64,000 nt of DNA from Octopus bimaculoides (Eukaryota): contig NC_069005.1 in the NCBI RefSeq assembly GCF_001194135.2, positions 389,654 to 453,653 of the forward strand, given 5' to 3'. This document shows, piece after piece, positions 28,001 to 41,761 of the stretch. Positions within the stretch are counted from its first letter, which is position 1; the number at the start of each line of letters is the position of its first letter. Under the pieces are notes generated by a model. That model saw only the letters and a program-made list of their open reading frames with translations, was not told the DNA's origin and ran no database searches. The position numbers and the translations under genes are program-made.

Positions 28001-28912
28001 CAGACTGGACAAAAATAAATTCCTATAAATAATATATAAGCAATATGGCCAAGTGAGACCAAGTACTCTATGTCTATTTCCATTTGAACGGAACTAATTT
28101 TAACAAAACGATATCTAAATGAAAGCTGTCTTTTTATCGCTGAAAATGTGACTCAAACAAATTCAAAGAATTAGTCTTCGGTGACGTAATATTTAAAGAA
28201 AACACGTACATACGTATGTATGGGGTTATTCAAACAGATTGTGTGTGTAGACGCAAATCGGAGCATAATGACAAATTAAAATCTATTACAGCTTATAGGA
28301 TGTAGAGACATCCAAAAGGACAAGTTAGTAATATAGACATATAATAAATACATTAAACAACGTAGACATATAGTGACAAACCTAGAGGCATACACACTCA
28401 CACAATTACAATATTTTGCACACACACACACAGTATATATCGAACCCGAGAGGCAGTCTCCCGTCAAAGTCCATCCTGTCCTAGAAACGGGACGGCCACA
28501 TTGAATAATTTAGCCCTGAATAAATTATGTCCAGAAAAAAAAAATCAGGGTGATCACGAGTGGAAAGTCTTTGATTATATCTGTTCAAACCAAATATGAC
28601 CCCGGGGCTAAAAAAAATAAACAAGCAGCCTCCACGTAAGATGCCTCAACACGGACTACAAGAAATGGCAGTCAAATTTCCTCAAATCACACCATACTGT
28701 CTTCAAATAAAAGGACATAATGAACCGATGTAGTCCGAGATACATGGAAAGACGAAGTGGTCACATTTGGAAGGTCTTTCATCATGTCTGCTGCAATACG
28801 GCTGCCTTGAGCTTAGCACTATCTCACACACATACATGTCAAATACAATATATATTTTGACATATTACACAATAAGTAGTATAAATGTAAAAATAGACAT
28901 ACATCGGACACA

Positions 28913-28955
<43 letters not shown>

Positions 28956-29397
28956 GCACAACATAAAACATATAACTGACAACAGTAAGTTTAAGGTGAA
29001 TCGGGAAAAGCTGTCCTTCGAAGTCCCATACTTTGGCGGAAAGGAACAGGATAAGTTTCCCCACCCGATCGCCCCCCACCGCTTTCATTTTCTAATATTC
29101 TTGGGTTCGATTCCAATATAAATCGAAAAATTCGACAATGCTTTTGCACACACCTCCCACGCCCCGTTTACTTTCGTAATCTCTTCTTTTTTGCACGAGG
29201 AATGGGACTTCGCAGGATGACTATCCCAAAAACTACTAAAAATACACCCTAGACGACGATAATAGCAAACCAGAATACATGTATGTGTGTGTATACATAC
29301 ATATACACCATCAATGACGAATAGAGAATACATACATACATCACATCCATAATAGCAAGACAGAATACATATATTTACACACACATTTATATATATC

Positions 29398-29444
<47 letters not shown>

Positions 29445-29512
29445 TAGTAAGACGGAGGCGAGCAATCCAAAATTTGGAAGTCAGTGCCGACTTTTTCCTT
29501 GTAAATGTTTTG

Positions 29513-29660
29513 GCAGTCCTTCGATATTGGTAGGCTTATGTCAATCACCCCCACAACCTTTCCTTATGACATAGATAAAGAGGCGAGGCTGAAAAAAAGA
29601 GGGTGAATGACGTCGTCGTCTCCTCATACAGACACTCAGTAGACCAATACCGAAGGAATG
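29513..29660. mobile_element. ~140 bp MITE, copy 2
   Basis: GCAGTCCTTCGATATTGG ... GAATGACGTCGTCGTCTCCTCATAC ... CCAATACCGAAGGAATG. Confidence 0.7.
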
Positions 29661-30326
29661 TCATTGTTTTATATATAGACACACACTTACAAGCCATAAC
29701 ACCAAGACAGAATACGTACACACATCATCCACAGTCGGAACACAATACGTACATCTGAAATATACACACACCAAACACCACAGACAGAGGCATAAAAGAT
29801 CACATTTATATCTCGCATATATATATATACACACACACTATATATATATAACAGATACTAATCGCAAGCCATGTATTACGTAGTAATGTAATATATTACA
29901 CACGAAATATGACATCTATATATTTCATATACACTCACTGTCTCAAGCCCAGTGGTGTAAAATGTAAGACATATATATAAAATATAACAGACAAATACGA
30001 TATATACGCATCAAATATGATGTCTATATAAAATACATACACATGTAACGCATATTTAACAGACACAACATATATATACATGTATATGTGTGTGTATATA
30101 TATATATATATGTACACAGACACATAGAGAGAGACCATCTGAGAAGGCAAGCAGCCATATTGAAAAGTTAATTGATGTGGAATGAGAGAGGAAATCTTTT
30201 TGGAGGCGAATTATTGCAATGACGGAGGATGGAATGGAATATTATTCGGCAGAGATGTTAGTATTTTAGTTAGTGATCGGGTTTCTGTTTTCACTGTTAA
30301 AATCGAAGGGATTCTTTTCGACTTAC

Positions 30327-30560
30327 CTTTGGTTATTATTTAGAACTTGTAGTCCCACCAGAGTAATAATAATCGTTAAAGGAGAGAGAGTGCGCAGAGG
30401 AGGAGGAGGAGAGAAAGAGAGAAACAGAGACAGGGGGAAAAAAGGAGACTGATAGATATAAATATAAAAACAGAGTAACGCGGAGACGGAAAGAGAAAGA
30501 CTAAGCTTTCCGTTAGAGGCATTAAAGTTCCTCCTCTTCCTCCTGTTGTTCAAATCATAT
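30327..30560 (-). other. Candidate distal non-coding first exon on the LIS1 strand (5' boundary uncertain)
   Basis: Perfect AAG|GTAAGT donor (GT at 30326-30325) at the edge of a CpG-retaining, promoter-like region; no coding potential recognised. Confidence 0.35.
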
Positions 30561-30974
30561 TAAGCTACTCCCACTTTCACTCACACTCTCACTGTTCAAT
30601 GTTCAACTCCTCCCACTACTACTCCTACTGTTGCTGCTGACTGTTGCTGCTGTTCCCACTCACTGTTGCAGCTGCTGACTGTTGCTGCTGTCATTTTCCC
30701 GATTTCCCAGTTTCTTTCATTCGCGATCGCTCTTCATCTCCATCTTTTATTCATTCGCAATTCCTGTCTCTCATTCTTTCGTTCTGCATGTCTTTTATCC
30801 TTTTCCTGATTTCAGTTATTCGACTGCGTATTTACACACAAACAGACAGACACACACACACATAAAGGGATGTCTCTTTACACACATGTTTACAAATATG
30901 GGTGTGTGTTTTAGATATGAATATTGTATTTGGGTGGGTGTGAGTGTATGTGTATTATGTATATACATGTATAA

Positions 30975-31025
<51 letters not shown>

Positions 31026-31247
31026 NNNNNNNNNNNNNNNNNNNNNNNNNNNNNNNNNNNNNNNNNNNNNNNNNNNNNNNNNNNNNNNNNNNNNNNNNNN
31101 NNNNNNNNNNNNNNNNNNNNNNNNNNNNNNNNNNNNNNNNNNNNNNNNNNNNNNNNNNNNNNNNNNNNNNNNNNNNNNNNNNNNNNNNNNNNNNNNNNNN
31201 NNNNNNNNNNNNNNNNNNNNNNNNNNNNNNNNNNNNNNNNNNNNNNN

Positions 31248-31279
<32 letters not shown>

Positions 31280-32805
31280 TAATACATATATACACACATC
31301 AAAGTATGCAGTATTATGACTCAATTACAATTGATCTTACCACTGAGTTTCACAGTGGACAGTTATCTAATAGATGCGCTCTTTGGGGACGGTAGTTTTT
31401 TTCCATACCTGCCATCTCTGAAGAGCATGTGTAGGAGACACTTTCCCATTATCTAATATTCAGTGCAAAACCAATTGTCACAATCAGGTGTAATGGATCT
31501 ATAGCACATTAAACTTTGATTAATATCCGCACTCTACTGACAAATATGAGTGTCCTTTTGTTGCCATTTTTTCCCATACATGTCTCATGAGCACAGTTAT
31601 TAAATAATTATCCAATAACCTAATATCTGGTGCAAAAGTAATTGATAAGATTGGCTTACCAGGGCCTATAATCATAACTAATTTGATTAATATGTTCATA
31701 AATATATAGAGAGAGAGAGAGGGGGAGAGAGATACGTTGGGACTCACAGAGGGGAGGTTAGGGGACTGAGACTCCTGGTGGTTTGCCATGCTTGGAAAGA
31801 CATGTCAAGCTAAGTAAAAGCATGGTTGCTCTTGCATACAGGTTCATCCCTTGCAACACTCTCCAGCTGAGCATCCCTAATCTTGCAGGCTCATGGGTGC
31901 TGGTGCCACCCATAAAAAAACACCCATGCTGTTCTGTGTAGAAGCACCCAATCCACCCAGTAAAGTGGTTGGTGTTAGGAAGGGCAAACCGTTAACATCA
32001 TGGTTTCATGTGAAATCCTGTTTCTCTTAACAGAAAGCATGATTAGACATTCATGTGACATGCTTTCTCCAGTCAATCATGTCTGTTGATTACCATAAAT
32101 TATCTTTCCTTCTCCGAGAAAGAGGATGTCACAAGAAACCTTCCTGTTACTTTTTGAGGTCAAACATAGTTTTCAACTCTTTAATATTTAAATCAACCAA
32201 AATATTCTCCCTGTTTTATGATTAAAATGATTTTATGATCCAGCCTTTCACACTTGCCCTGCAATGTCATTCTAATAGTAAACAATCACATTGTCAAAAA
32301 ACCCAAAGTTACAAGATGATATGAAAATAATGTGAATAAATAAGAATTACATTTGAGAGATTAATCTTAAAATGTTGCATTCGAATTAGATCCAGTCTGT
32401 CTCTTTGTATTCATTTGATTAAGTGTAGACACGCATGGTTGTGCAAGTTAAGAAGCTCATTTTGTACTGATATGGTTCTAAGGTTAGTCCCACAGGGATG
32501 CAACACATTGGCCAAATCTACCATAGCTCAAGACTGACCAATGTCTTGTGGGTGATTTTGGTAGAAAGAAACTGTGTAGAAGCCCATGTGAGTGTGTATG
32601 TCTGTGTTTGTGCCCTAACCACTGCTTGACAACCAGTGTTGGTTTGTTTACATCTGTTGGTTTGCAGTTTGGGAAAAGGGACCAATAGGGTACAAAACAT
32701 AAAAAAATAAATACTGGGACCAATTTATTCATTGGGCTATGGCCCCAGCATGGCCACAGTCTAATGAGTGAAAGAAGTTAAAGACAAAAGGTCTAATTAT
32801 TTGAC

Positions 32806-32909
<104 letters not shown>

Positions 32910-34149
32910 GGAGATGTAAGTAGGTACATAGATAGGTAGGTAGGTAGGTAGGTATAGATGTATTTTATATACAAATGTATTTATATGTAAACACACTCAA
33001 ACATACATATATACACACATATACATACATACATATATACACACATACATATATACACATACACACGTACATTCATACATACACAAACATGCATACATAC
33101 AGACAGACAGACATGCATGTGTAACATACACACATACACAAACATGCATACATACACACNNNNNNNNNNNNNNNNNNNNNNNNNNNNNNNNNNNNNNNNN
33201 NNNNNNNNNNNNNNNNNNNNNNNNNNNNNNNNNNNNNNNNNNNNNNNNNNNNNNNNNNNNNNNNNNNNNNNNNNNNNNNNNNNNNNNNNNNNNNNNNNNN
33301 NNNNNNNNNNNNNNNNNNNNNNNNNNNNNNNNNNNNNNNNNNNNNNNNNNNNNNNNNNNNNNNNNNNNNNNNNNNNNNNNNNNNNNNNNNNNNNNNNNNN
33401 NNNNNNNNNNNNNNNNNNNNNNNNNNNNNNNNNNNNNNNNNNNNNNNNNNNNNNNNNNNNNNNNNNNNNNNNNNNNNNNNNNNNNNNNNNNNNNNNNNNN
33501 NNNNNNNNNNNNNNNNNCTTTTTTTTTTTTTTTTTTTGTAATTATATTTTTAAGCTTCGAATTTTTATGCTTTGAACATCATTTATTCAAAATTTGCGAT
33601 AATAATAATAATAATAATAATAATGATGATGATGATGATATGGTGATAGTATTTGATAATTATATTCATCTGTATGTATGAGCGTTTCGTTGAATGGATT
33701 TCGTTTTTTATATGAAACCCAAATCTCTCTTGACATTTTGTCATGTGGAGTAGAAGAACTGACAAACAATAAATTCTCACATCGGAGATATTAATCGTTT
33801 AGTATTGTTGAAGATTTGACGAAAACCTGCTAAATCTCCTCCAAATTATATTCTGCTGTCTTAAAATAAAAATAAAACCCACATATTGGATGATGTAGTC
33901 CGCTGCCTTTGTATATATATATATTTTTTTTAAAATCAGACATGGAATGTTATTATGTTGTCATAATCATTCTTATAATTATTGGTTTCAAATTCCAACG
34001 AGGTTACCTTTGCCTTTCGTCCTTTAGGGGGTCGATCAAATAAATACCAGTTAAGCCCGGGAGTAGACGTAATCAACTGACCCCTCCCACGAAATTGCTG
34101 GCCTTATGCCAAAATTTGAAACAATTATTATTATTATTAATTATTATTA

Positions 34150-34187
<38 letters not shown>

Positions 34188-34400
34188 AGCGGCGAGCTGA
34201 CAGAATCGTTAAGACGCCGTGCAAAATGCTAAGCAGTATTTCGTCCGTCTCCGTTCTGAATTGAAATTCCGTTGAGGTCAACTTTGCCTTTCATCCTTTC
34301 TAGATCGATAAGTTAAGTACCAGTTGCGTACTGGAGTCGATCTAAACGACTGGCCCCCTCCCCCAAAATTTAGAGCCTTGTGCCTAGTGTAGAAAAGATT
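34188..34400 (+). mobile_element. tRNA-derived SINE family (other copies at about 24300-24520 minus, 45590-45760, 56690-56800)
   Basis: Recurrent GCGAGCTG.CAGAATCGTTA...TGAGTTCAAATTCC...GACTTTGCCTTTCATCCTTTC...TAAGTACCAG. Confidence 0.8.
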
Positions 34401-34439
34401 ATTATTATTATTATTATTATTATCGAATGAACAATATTT

Positions 34440-35135
34440 CAACACTTCACGTGCATACGAAGCAGAGGAGGCCATCGTGTAGCATCGTCTGAAGCCACCT
34501 TTCTGCCAGTTCTTTCATCCCATGCTGATGCAAGTTCTTGTCCTTGGAGGCAAAGAACTTCTTCACTGAAGCTTCCACTTTCGCTTAGTTGATGAAGCGT
34601 TGAGAGCACATGAAGTGAGTCCTGGATCAGAACAATAAGCCAGGGAAGATGTAAGTGTTGGTTAAACAATGGCCAGATTCTGGAACCTGTTGCCGAACAT
34701 GGGCCTTTTGAATACAAGGTGATGCTCTGCGTCTGGGGGTGTTATGAGGGGGTACTTTACTATGAGCTCAAACAGAACGGTTGAACCATCAATACCAGCC
34801 AGGATTCCAAACAGTTGGAGCAGATGTATGCTATTATGTGGCAAAAATCCCCAGCATTGGTCAACAGAAAGTGAGGTCTTCAGCAGAAAGACAATGCAAG
34901 ACTTCTTACCACTCGGATAACCCGGAATAAACTCCAGGAACATGAGGGAATTGAAATGATACCAGGCCCAACGTATACTCCACACCTTGCTCCCTTGGAT
35001 TATTACTTGTGTGTGTGTGTGTGTAAGAACTTAATTCATAGCCATCAGGGAATTCGATGGAAAATTCATACGAAATATGAACGAGGTAAATAACAGGTGA
35101 TGTAATGATCCTTCCCACCAATAACTGGATGTAGA
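34440..35135 (+). mobile_element. Mariner (Tc1/mariner DD34D-type) transposase remnant
   Basis: Translations KVMLCVWGCYEGVLYYEL, KDNARLL and PTYTPHLAPLDYYL match mariner KVMLxVWWD, DNARPH and YSPDLAPSDY motifs; stops and a (GT)n insertion. Confidence 0.75.
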
Positions 35136-35282
35136 TGTATATGTGAGTGAGTGAGTGTGTCAGTGTGTCAGGGTTGCTATCAGTATTGAATAATTCACAG
35201 GATGAATCTATGCATCATAATTTTCAAATTCTCACAAATAATTGCTGTCATATTTGTTATGATAAGGCCATTTTCACATTGG

Positions 35283-35331
<49 letters not shown>

Positions 35332-35365
35332 ACACACACATACATACATACATATATATATATAC

Positions 35366-35458
<93 letters not shown>

Positions 35459-36621
35459 TGTCACAGACTTATACTTTATGACAAGATCAAAATTATCTAA
35501 TACTGTTACTAGAAATATCTATTTCTTGTTTAATTTTCTCATGGACATTGTCATAAAATATGGAACTTGTTGCTATAAATTGCTGCTGTGACATTCTATT
35601 CGTTTTAGTCTGCATCATAAACTGATATTTTATGTCTTTTCATGACTCAGTAACATCACCAATCTGTATTCATTATTATTACACCATTATATACTCCGTC
35701 CTCTTGTTTTCAAAATCCCTGCTTCTATTTTGATCGTCTGAACTGAATCTAATTTTAATAAAATCAAATAAAACTGTCATTCAGTACATTTACCCCCAAC
35801 TCCACGTTTTTCTTTCACCCTTATTACCTCTACCCACTCACTTTTCCTGCTCTTCTACCCCCCAGGGCCCACCCTGAAACATTATCACCTCTGTCTTTAT
35901 CTCTCCTTCCACCTCCATACTGATTACTTACACCCATTTTTGTAGAATGTGAGCAGCCATTTCGAAGGAAGTTGTTCTGGCCCCTTCCTTCATACTTTAA
36001 CCCTTCATCATTCTACCATCAAGCTGCCTCCTCCACCCCCTATTTGACCTCCTCCCCCCACTCAGACAAAGTCTTAGTCTTGCAACTTACACTAGAGCTC
36101 ACTTTGTGGAAAAGCCCCTGTGAAGGGGTTGGCATTAGGAAGGGTGCCCAACTTGAAGAAGTATGGCAAAGAAGCAGAGTGGAGCCCAAAGCAGTCGTTT
36201 GACATGTTGGACCCTATTGAAGCCTTTGGATCCCAACAGAACAGAAGCCAGACATTAAAAGGTTATGATGACAGCTGGATTTATCTTTTAATTGGTTCAG
36301 TCATTAGACTGTGGCCATGCTGGAGCACCATGCTAAAGAATTTTTCTTAGTTGAGTGAATTGACCCCCCGGGACTTATTTCTTTTTATGTCAGGAACTTA
36401 TTTTATTGGTCTCTTTAGCAGAACTGCTAAGTTACAGGGGTGTAAACACACCAATACCAGTTGTCAAACAGTGGTGGGTGACAAGCACAGACACACACAC
36501 ACACATGCACATTCAGCAGAAGCCACTTATTGTGATTAATGATGCAATAACTGGTTGAAATCATTATCTTTGATTGTAACATTATAAGGCTTCTACAAGT
36601 TTTCTCTTACTTACATATGCA

Positions 36622-36674
<53 letters not shown>

Positions 36675-36684
36675 ATATACACAA

Positions 36685-36898
36685 AGAGGGGCTGAAATGT
36701 TCCTGGCGTTAAGGGTATCACAAAAGATCTGGCTGGAGGCCTAAACTTCCAAGTTCTTTTAGAGGGCTTAGAAAAACTGAAGGACCACTGCAATAAGTGT
36801 GTGAATCTGAGAGGGGGGGAATACGTTGAATAAAATCACAATTAACTGATCCCCCTGTATTTTCTTTTACTCAAAGCCAGCAACTTTTCAGCACCCTC
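36685..36898. mobile_element. Small mariner-like MITE (related copy at about 54975-55105)
   Basis: Ends GAGGGGCTGAAATGTTCCTGGC / GCCAGCAACTTTTCAGCACCCTC are near-inverted; internal TTGATCC..CTGTATTTTCTTTTAC is shared with the 55 kb copy. Confidence 0.6.
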
Positions 36899-38114
36899 CC
36901 CCCTCTTATGTAAATATTACAAAGTTTCACATGCTTTTACACAGCTAAACACTTTTCCTGATGTTTTGATTCTTTATTTTTCCTCATTTAAGCATAAAAA
37001 TGTAAATTTGTTCAGTTTTCCTTTATACCTTTCAGCTATTTTTTTTCCCTTTGTCCAAAATTCCCAAAGTATGAATTGGATTTTCTTCTCACCTATTAAT
37101 TATAATAAACATAAATAAATAATACAATCCAAGGTAAGCTCATGAATGAAAACAATTTTTTATTATTGAAAAGACAGCATTTTTGGTGTGGTCTTTTTGT
37201 TGTTTTTTTCAATTAGGTAAAAACCTTCTGAAGTAGTTGCATTAGTAATGTGTAAAATTTTAGTCTCGCCCAATGACAAACATACCAGACAGGTCAGGTA
37301 AGTGTGTGCAAAAGAGAGAGAGAGAGAGAGTACTTAATATAATACGTAAGTGAATTTATATTCATGAAAAACTTATGACGTAATTTCTATAGAAAAGATT
37401 TCGATCAAAGTTTTTCTTTTCTCCGTGTCACAACCAACAATTTCTGTACAACAGAGCTGGGTTTGTTCTGATAAATCTCACCTGGGACCTGTTATATATT
37501 TATGAAACACATAACGTACCTGCCCCTCTCCCCCCAATCTCCCTAATAAAAGACAGAGTTTCAGATGAGGAATACCTCATCATAAAGGTAAAAACAGCAG
37601 GGTTTTTTTTTCTTTTTTGCTTTGTTTTATACTCTTCGTTTTCTTTCTGTTTCATTTTCATATAAAAGAAATTACAATTCTGGAAATTTTTCTCTTTTTC
37701 ATTTTTTTTTTTAAACCCCCATCCCCCAAAACTCCCTTCCCCCGTTCTCCAGTTCCGTACCCTTTGTCTGTTTACATGAGACCTGGAATTCCTCATCCGA
37801 AACTCCGTCAAAAGATAAATGCCATAACCTTACCTTTTGCCTTCCTTTGCAACATTCCTACAAGAACTGACAAAAATGATTTCTCTTCAGATTATTGGAA
37901 TGGTTTCTTTATTTTCTTTTTCATTTGGGTAACTTATAATGGCGCTGAGGTCAAGAAACTTCCTTCCTCTAAGATGTTCTTGCACCTAATGACCCATCAG
38001 TAAATATTTTGCATATTTTTATAAATAAACTAATCTAACCTTGCTTAATCTAATCCTCTCAGTATTATAATAGATTAGATTAAGTTCAGTTCAGTTTGTT
38101 TATTTATGAAATTC

Positions 38115-38500
38115 TTTACTCTTTTACTTGTTTCAGTCATTTGACTGCGGCCATGCTGGAGCACCGCCTTTAGTCGAGCAAATCGATCCCAGGACTTATT
38201 CTTTGGAAGCCTAATACTTATTCTATCAGTCTCTTTTGCCAAACCGCTAAGTTACGGGGACATAAACACGTCAAGCGATGTTGGGAGGACAAACACAGAC
38301 ACACACACACACACACACATATATATTTATATACATATATATGACGGGCTTCTTTCAGTTTCCGTCTACCAAATCCACTCACAAGGCTTTGGTTAGCCCG
38401 AGGTTTGGTTAGCCGACACTTGCTAAAGGTGCCACGCAGTGGGACTGAACCCGGAACCATGAGATTGGTAAGCAAGCTACTTACCACACAGCCACTCCTG
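38115..38500. mobile_element. Near-intact copy of an abundant SINE-like family (other copies at about 4605-4935, 12600-12755, 32430-32780, 36280-36510, 44990-45140, 46050-46300)
   Basis: Recurrent blocks CAGTCATTTGACTGCGGCCATGCTGGAGCACC, CAAATCCACTCACAAGGCTTTG and GTGGGACTGAACCCGGAACCATG. Confidence 0.85.
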
Positions 38501-39280
38501 TACAAAATANNNNNNNNNNTATAAACAAACCAGCACTGGTTGTCAAGTGATGGTAGCGGACAAACACACACACACACACACACATAATAGACTTCCACAC
38601 AGTTTCCATCTACCAAATTCACTCAAAATTATTGGTTGACCTAAGACTATAGTGGAAGACCCTTGTGGCCCCAGCTGGGTGGCCCAAGCTTCCACACAGT
38701 GGGACTGAACCTGAATCAAAGATTTTTAAAAAATGTTTGCAATTAATTTATATAAAGAGCCATATTTTATCAATTTAAATTAATTGCCTGAAAAATGAAA
38801 ACGTAATTTTTTTAGTACATTTTTCTTACTTTTTTTTTTCTTTTTCGTCAATTATGCCTCTCTTGTTTTTCATATATCAAAGTGATTTGTGGATAATTTA
38901 GCTATGATTTCTAGTACATCGAGGCTCACTTTGTTTAAAATGCTTGGCCCCTGATCAACTGTGATTGAGCAGACCTACAATTAGAAACAGTCAAGTCGTG
39001 ATCATCCCTTTTTAATTAAACATCATATATCTAGGACTACATTACAGAATCTGTCTGGCCTTTAAAAATAAAAATAAATAAATAAAGGCAATGTGTTACG
39101 ATTTGAGGAAGATTTCGCAGTTATTTCTAACAGGACGAGAGAATGACTGACAAAATTTGCAGAGCATCAGACAATATGGCTGTTTACATTCCCTCCATAG
39201 TCTAATTTCATCTTTCATCCTTATGTGATCGATAAATAAAATACCAATCAAGCACTGGAGTTAATTTATATTCTTAAAGA

Positions 39281-39417
39281 GCGATCCTTCGGTATTGGTC
39301 TCCAGAGTATCGGTATGAGGAGACGACGTCTTTCACTATCTTTTTCAGCCTAGCCTCTTTATCTGCCATGAAGTAAGGTTGTATGAATGACGTTGTGTAC
39401 CAATACCGAAGGATTGC
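39281..39417. mobile_element. ~140 bp MITE, copy 3 (opposite orientation)
   Basis: TIRs GCGATCCTTCGGTATTGG / CCAATACCGAAGGATTGC (1 mismatch in 18). Confidence 0.75.
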
Positions 39418-39924
39418 TTTCTTTTAATGCTGCTTAGCCGCGAAGAGAAGATTACATCCAGGTGTACTTATTAATTGACAAGTGTTGGTTTAAACAGAGC
39501 ATAACTATAGTTTAGTACCCCAACCTCTCATTTGTTTTTCTATGATTTTCTTAATAATGGTTTTAGTGAAATTTTGCCGATACTGAATATTTTCGATCTG
39601 TATTTATGATAGGCTAAAAGTAAGCTTCAACGTTTTTCAACATGCTTTCCAGTTTCATATAAATAACAAATAATAGAAGTCACGATTATGTCATATAGAC
39701 TTTATTTTTGACGTTGCGCAACATTTAAGAGCAATTGTTGAACGGTTGAAAAGACATACACATCGTTTCTTTCTGAATATTTTTAATGAATCTTTATCAC
39801 CATCGTAATTGCAGTCGCAACCTTCTTAATCGTATTGCTGCAAAACGGGAATTCCCAAATATATATTATGGCGATCTTCCATATTATTTATATTATTAAA
39901 GGAATTATAACATATATTCATTGG

Positions 39925-40140
39925 AGGAGGAGGCGCGTGGCTTAGTGGTTAGGATGTTGGACTTGTGATCGTAAGACTGTGGTTCTGATTCCTGGACCGG
40001 GCGATGTGTTGTGTTCTTGAGCAAGACACTTCATTTCACGTTGCTCCAGTCCACTCAGCTGGCAAAAACGAGTAATCTGGCGACGGACAGGAGTCCCGTC
40101 CAGGTGGGGAATATACACGCCATTTGAAACCGGCCCTCAT
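39925..40140 (+). mobile_element. tRNA-headed SINE with Nin/Deu-like core
   Basis: GGCGCGTGGCTTAGTGGTTAGG head, then TTGAGCAAGACACTT...CCAGTCCACTCAGCTG; family name is an inference. Confidence 0.6.
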
Positions 40141-40396
40141 GCACCTGGCATAATTCAAGAAGGAAACATTTTATATTCGTTGGGACCCTAAAGTGTAGAT
40201 ATGCTCCTCTAAAACTCTTATTAGGGGCTCCAGTGTGGCTGAAGCACTCTCTGGGCAAATGTGGATTGAAAAGGTCGATTGATACTGAACATTACTTCCG
40301 CTTTCTAAACACATGGCGCTTCACTCACAGCAAACATTATAAGAATATAAGAATATATTTTATATACTCACACATCTGTGTGTATATATATATATA

Positions 40397-40441
<45 letters not shown>

Positions 40442-41439
40442 TCTAGGTAACGTTTATAATACCTCTGCTTGACAACCTATATTGACGTAATTTAAAGAAA
40501 CTCGTAACATTTAACGCATAAAATTTTCTTTGGTAAGTTTATATTATTCAAATTTTATTTTAGCGAAACTTGATTGTCAACTTTAATTAAACATAACAAT
40601 CATCGCAGACGTTCCCTCCGTGACCATTTCGTTTACTTATTATCATTATTATTGTTTTGTTTTTCAGAGCGGACTTTCGGAATAGCGATTGTTTTCCTTC
40701 CTATTTTAAAACTCCTGATTTTCATTCAACAGGAATTACGATCATAAAAGACCTTTTTTTTTTCATTTTTGCCCCCTAATCCCGTGTTGTTTTCCTTCCC
40801 CGTGATAGCTGCTCCCGAGATTCCACCTTTTCAGGTGTAATATCTCGGATTATATTAACCAACTCGTCTTCCTTCCTATTTTAGAGACCGTAAGTTGTAA
40901 GTTGGTGCCTTGAAGAATTTTCGCTGCTATTTCTAGCAAATCCGTCCATCACATTATATGTTTGTCCTTCGTCTCTTTTGAAGTGAAAATATATAAAATA
41001 TTGTATCACTAATTATTTTGACAACCGAATCAGTAACTTTCAGCTTTCATTTACTGTGTAAAATTCTCTGAGAGCTGATTTAAAAAAATATATTTTGCTC
41101 CATCGCAGAATATCGGAGTAAAGTAAGGGAGGAATCCTAATGAACTTATTGTGTTCGGTGCTCAGGTGCACCACGACTCATCAGAAAAAGGAACCCAAAG
41201 TGCATGGACAGTTCGTAGAATATGCACAGGAAGTAAACAGGGAAAAAGTCGAAAAAAAGAAAGAAATAGGAGTGGTGGCATCAGGTGCACTTTTGGCGAA
41301 TTTCAGGAAGCATGAAAGTTTTGAAAGACGTCACGATAAATTAAAAATTGATGCAAATAGTTTACCAGAACATTCTCTGTTGCTTATTATTATCATCATT
41401 ATTATTTTTACAGTTCTGTTGGATGAAGAACTCTTGAAA

Positions 41440-41761
41440 ATGTCTTTGAACAAATTCATGCATCCCCGGAATCTATACAAAAAACGCAAACCTAACTTCA
41501 AAGAATTAGCCTTGAAATATCCAGAATTTCGAAGCTATTTGGAACAGAATCTTTCTGGTAAACTAGTTCTTGATTTCAAGAATCCTGCAGCTCTTCGCTT
41601 GCTCAGTACCATTCTTTTGAAGGAAGATTTGGGGCTGGAAGTCGACATCCCTACCAATCGTTTGGTGCCAACCATTCCACTTCGGCTGAACTACATTCAC
41701 TGGATTGAAGATCTGATTGTCTCTCATCAATCCTCTCTTCCCGTCCAAGGTATTGATATTG
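41440..41761 (+). CDS. METTL16: METTL16 coding exon 1 (exon starts at acceptor 41414; the ORF-track start at 41140 is intronic read-through)
   Basis: ttttacag| at 41413, ATG 41440, ends GGT ATT GAT ATT G|gtaagt. Confidence 0.93.

Noticed and set aside
30343-30358. GGGACTACAAGTTCTA resembling the ACTACAnnnCCC (ZNF143/THAP11) promoter motif
   Set aside because: Mismatches in the CCC half make it too weak to call.
41140-41439. ORF-track N-terminal extension of METTL16 (MNLLCSVL...)
   Set aside because: Read-through across intronic sequence. A clear acceptor lies at 41413 and homology begins at MSLNKFMHPRN.
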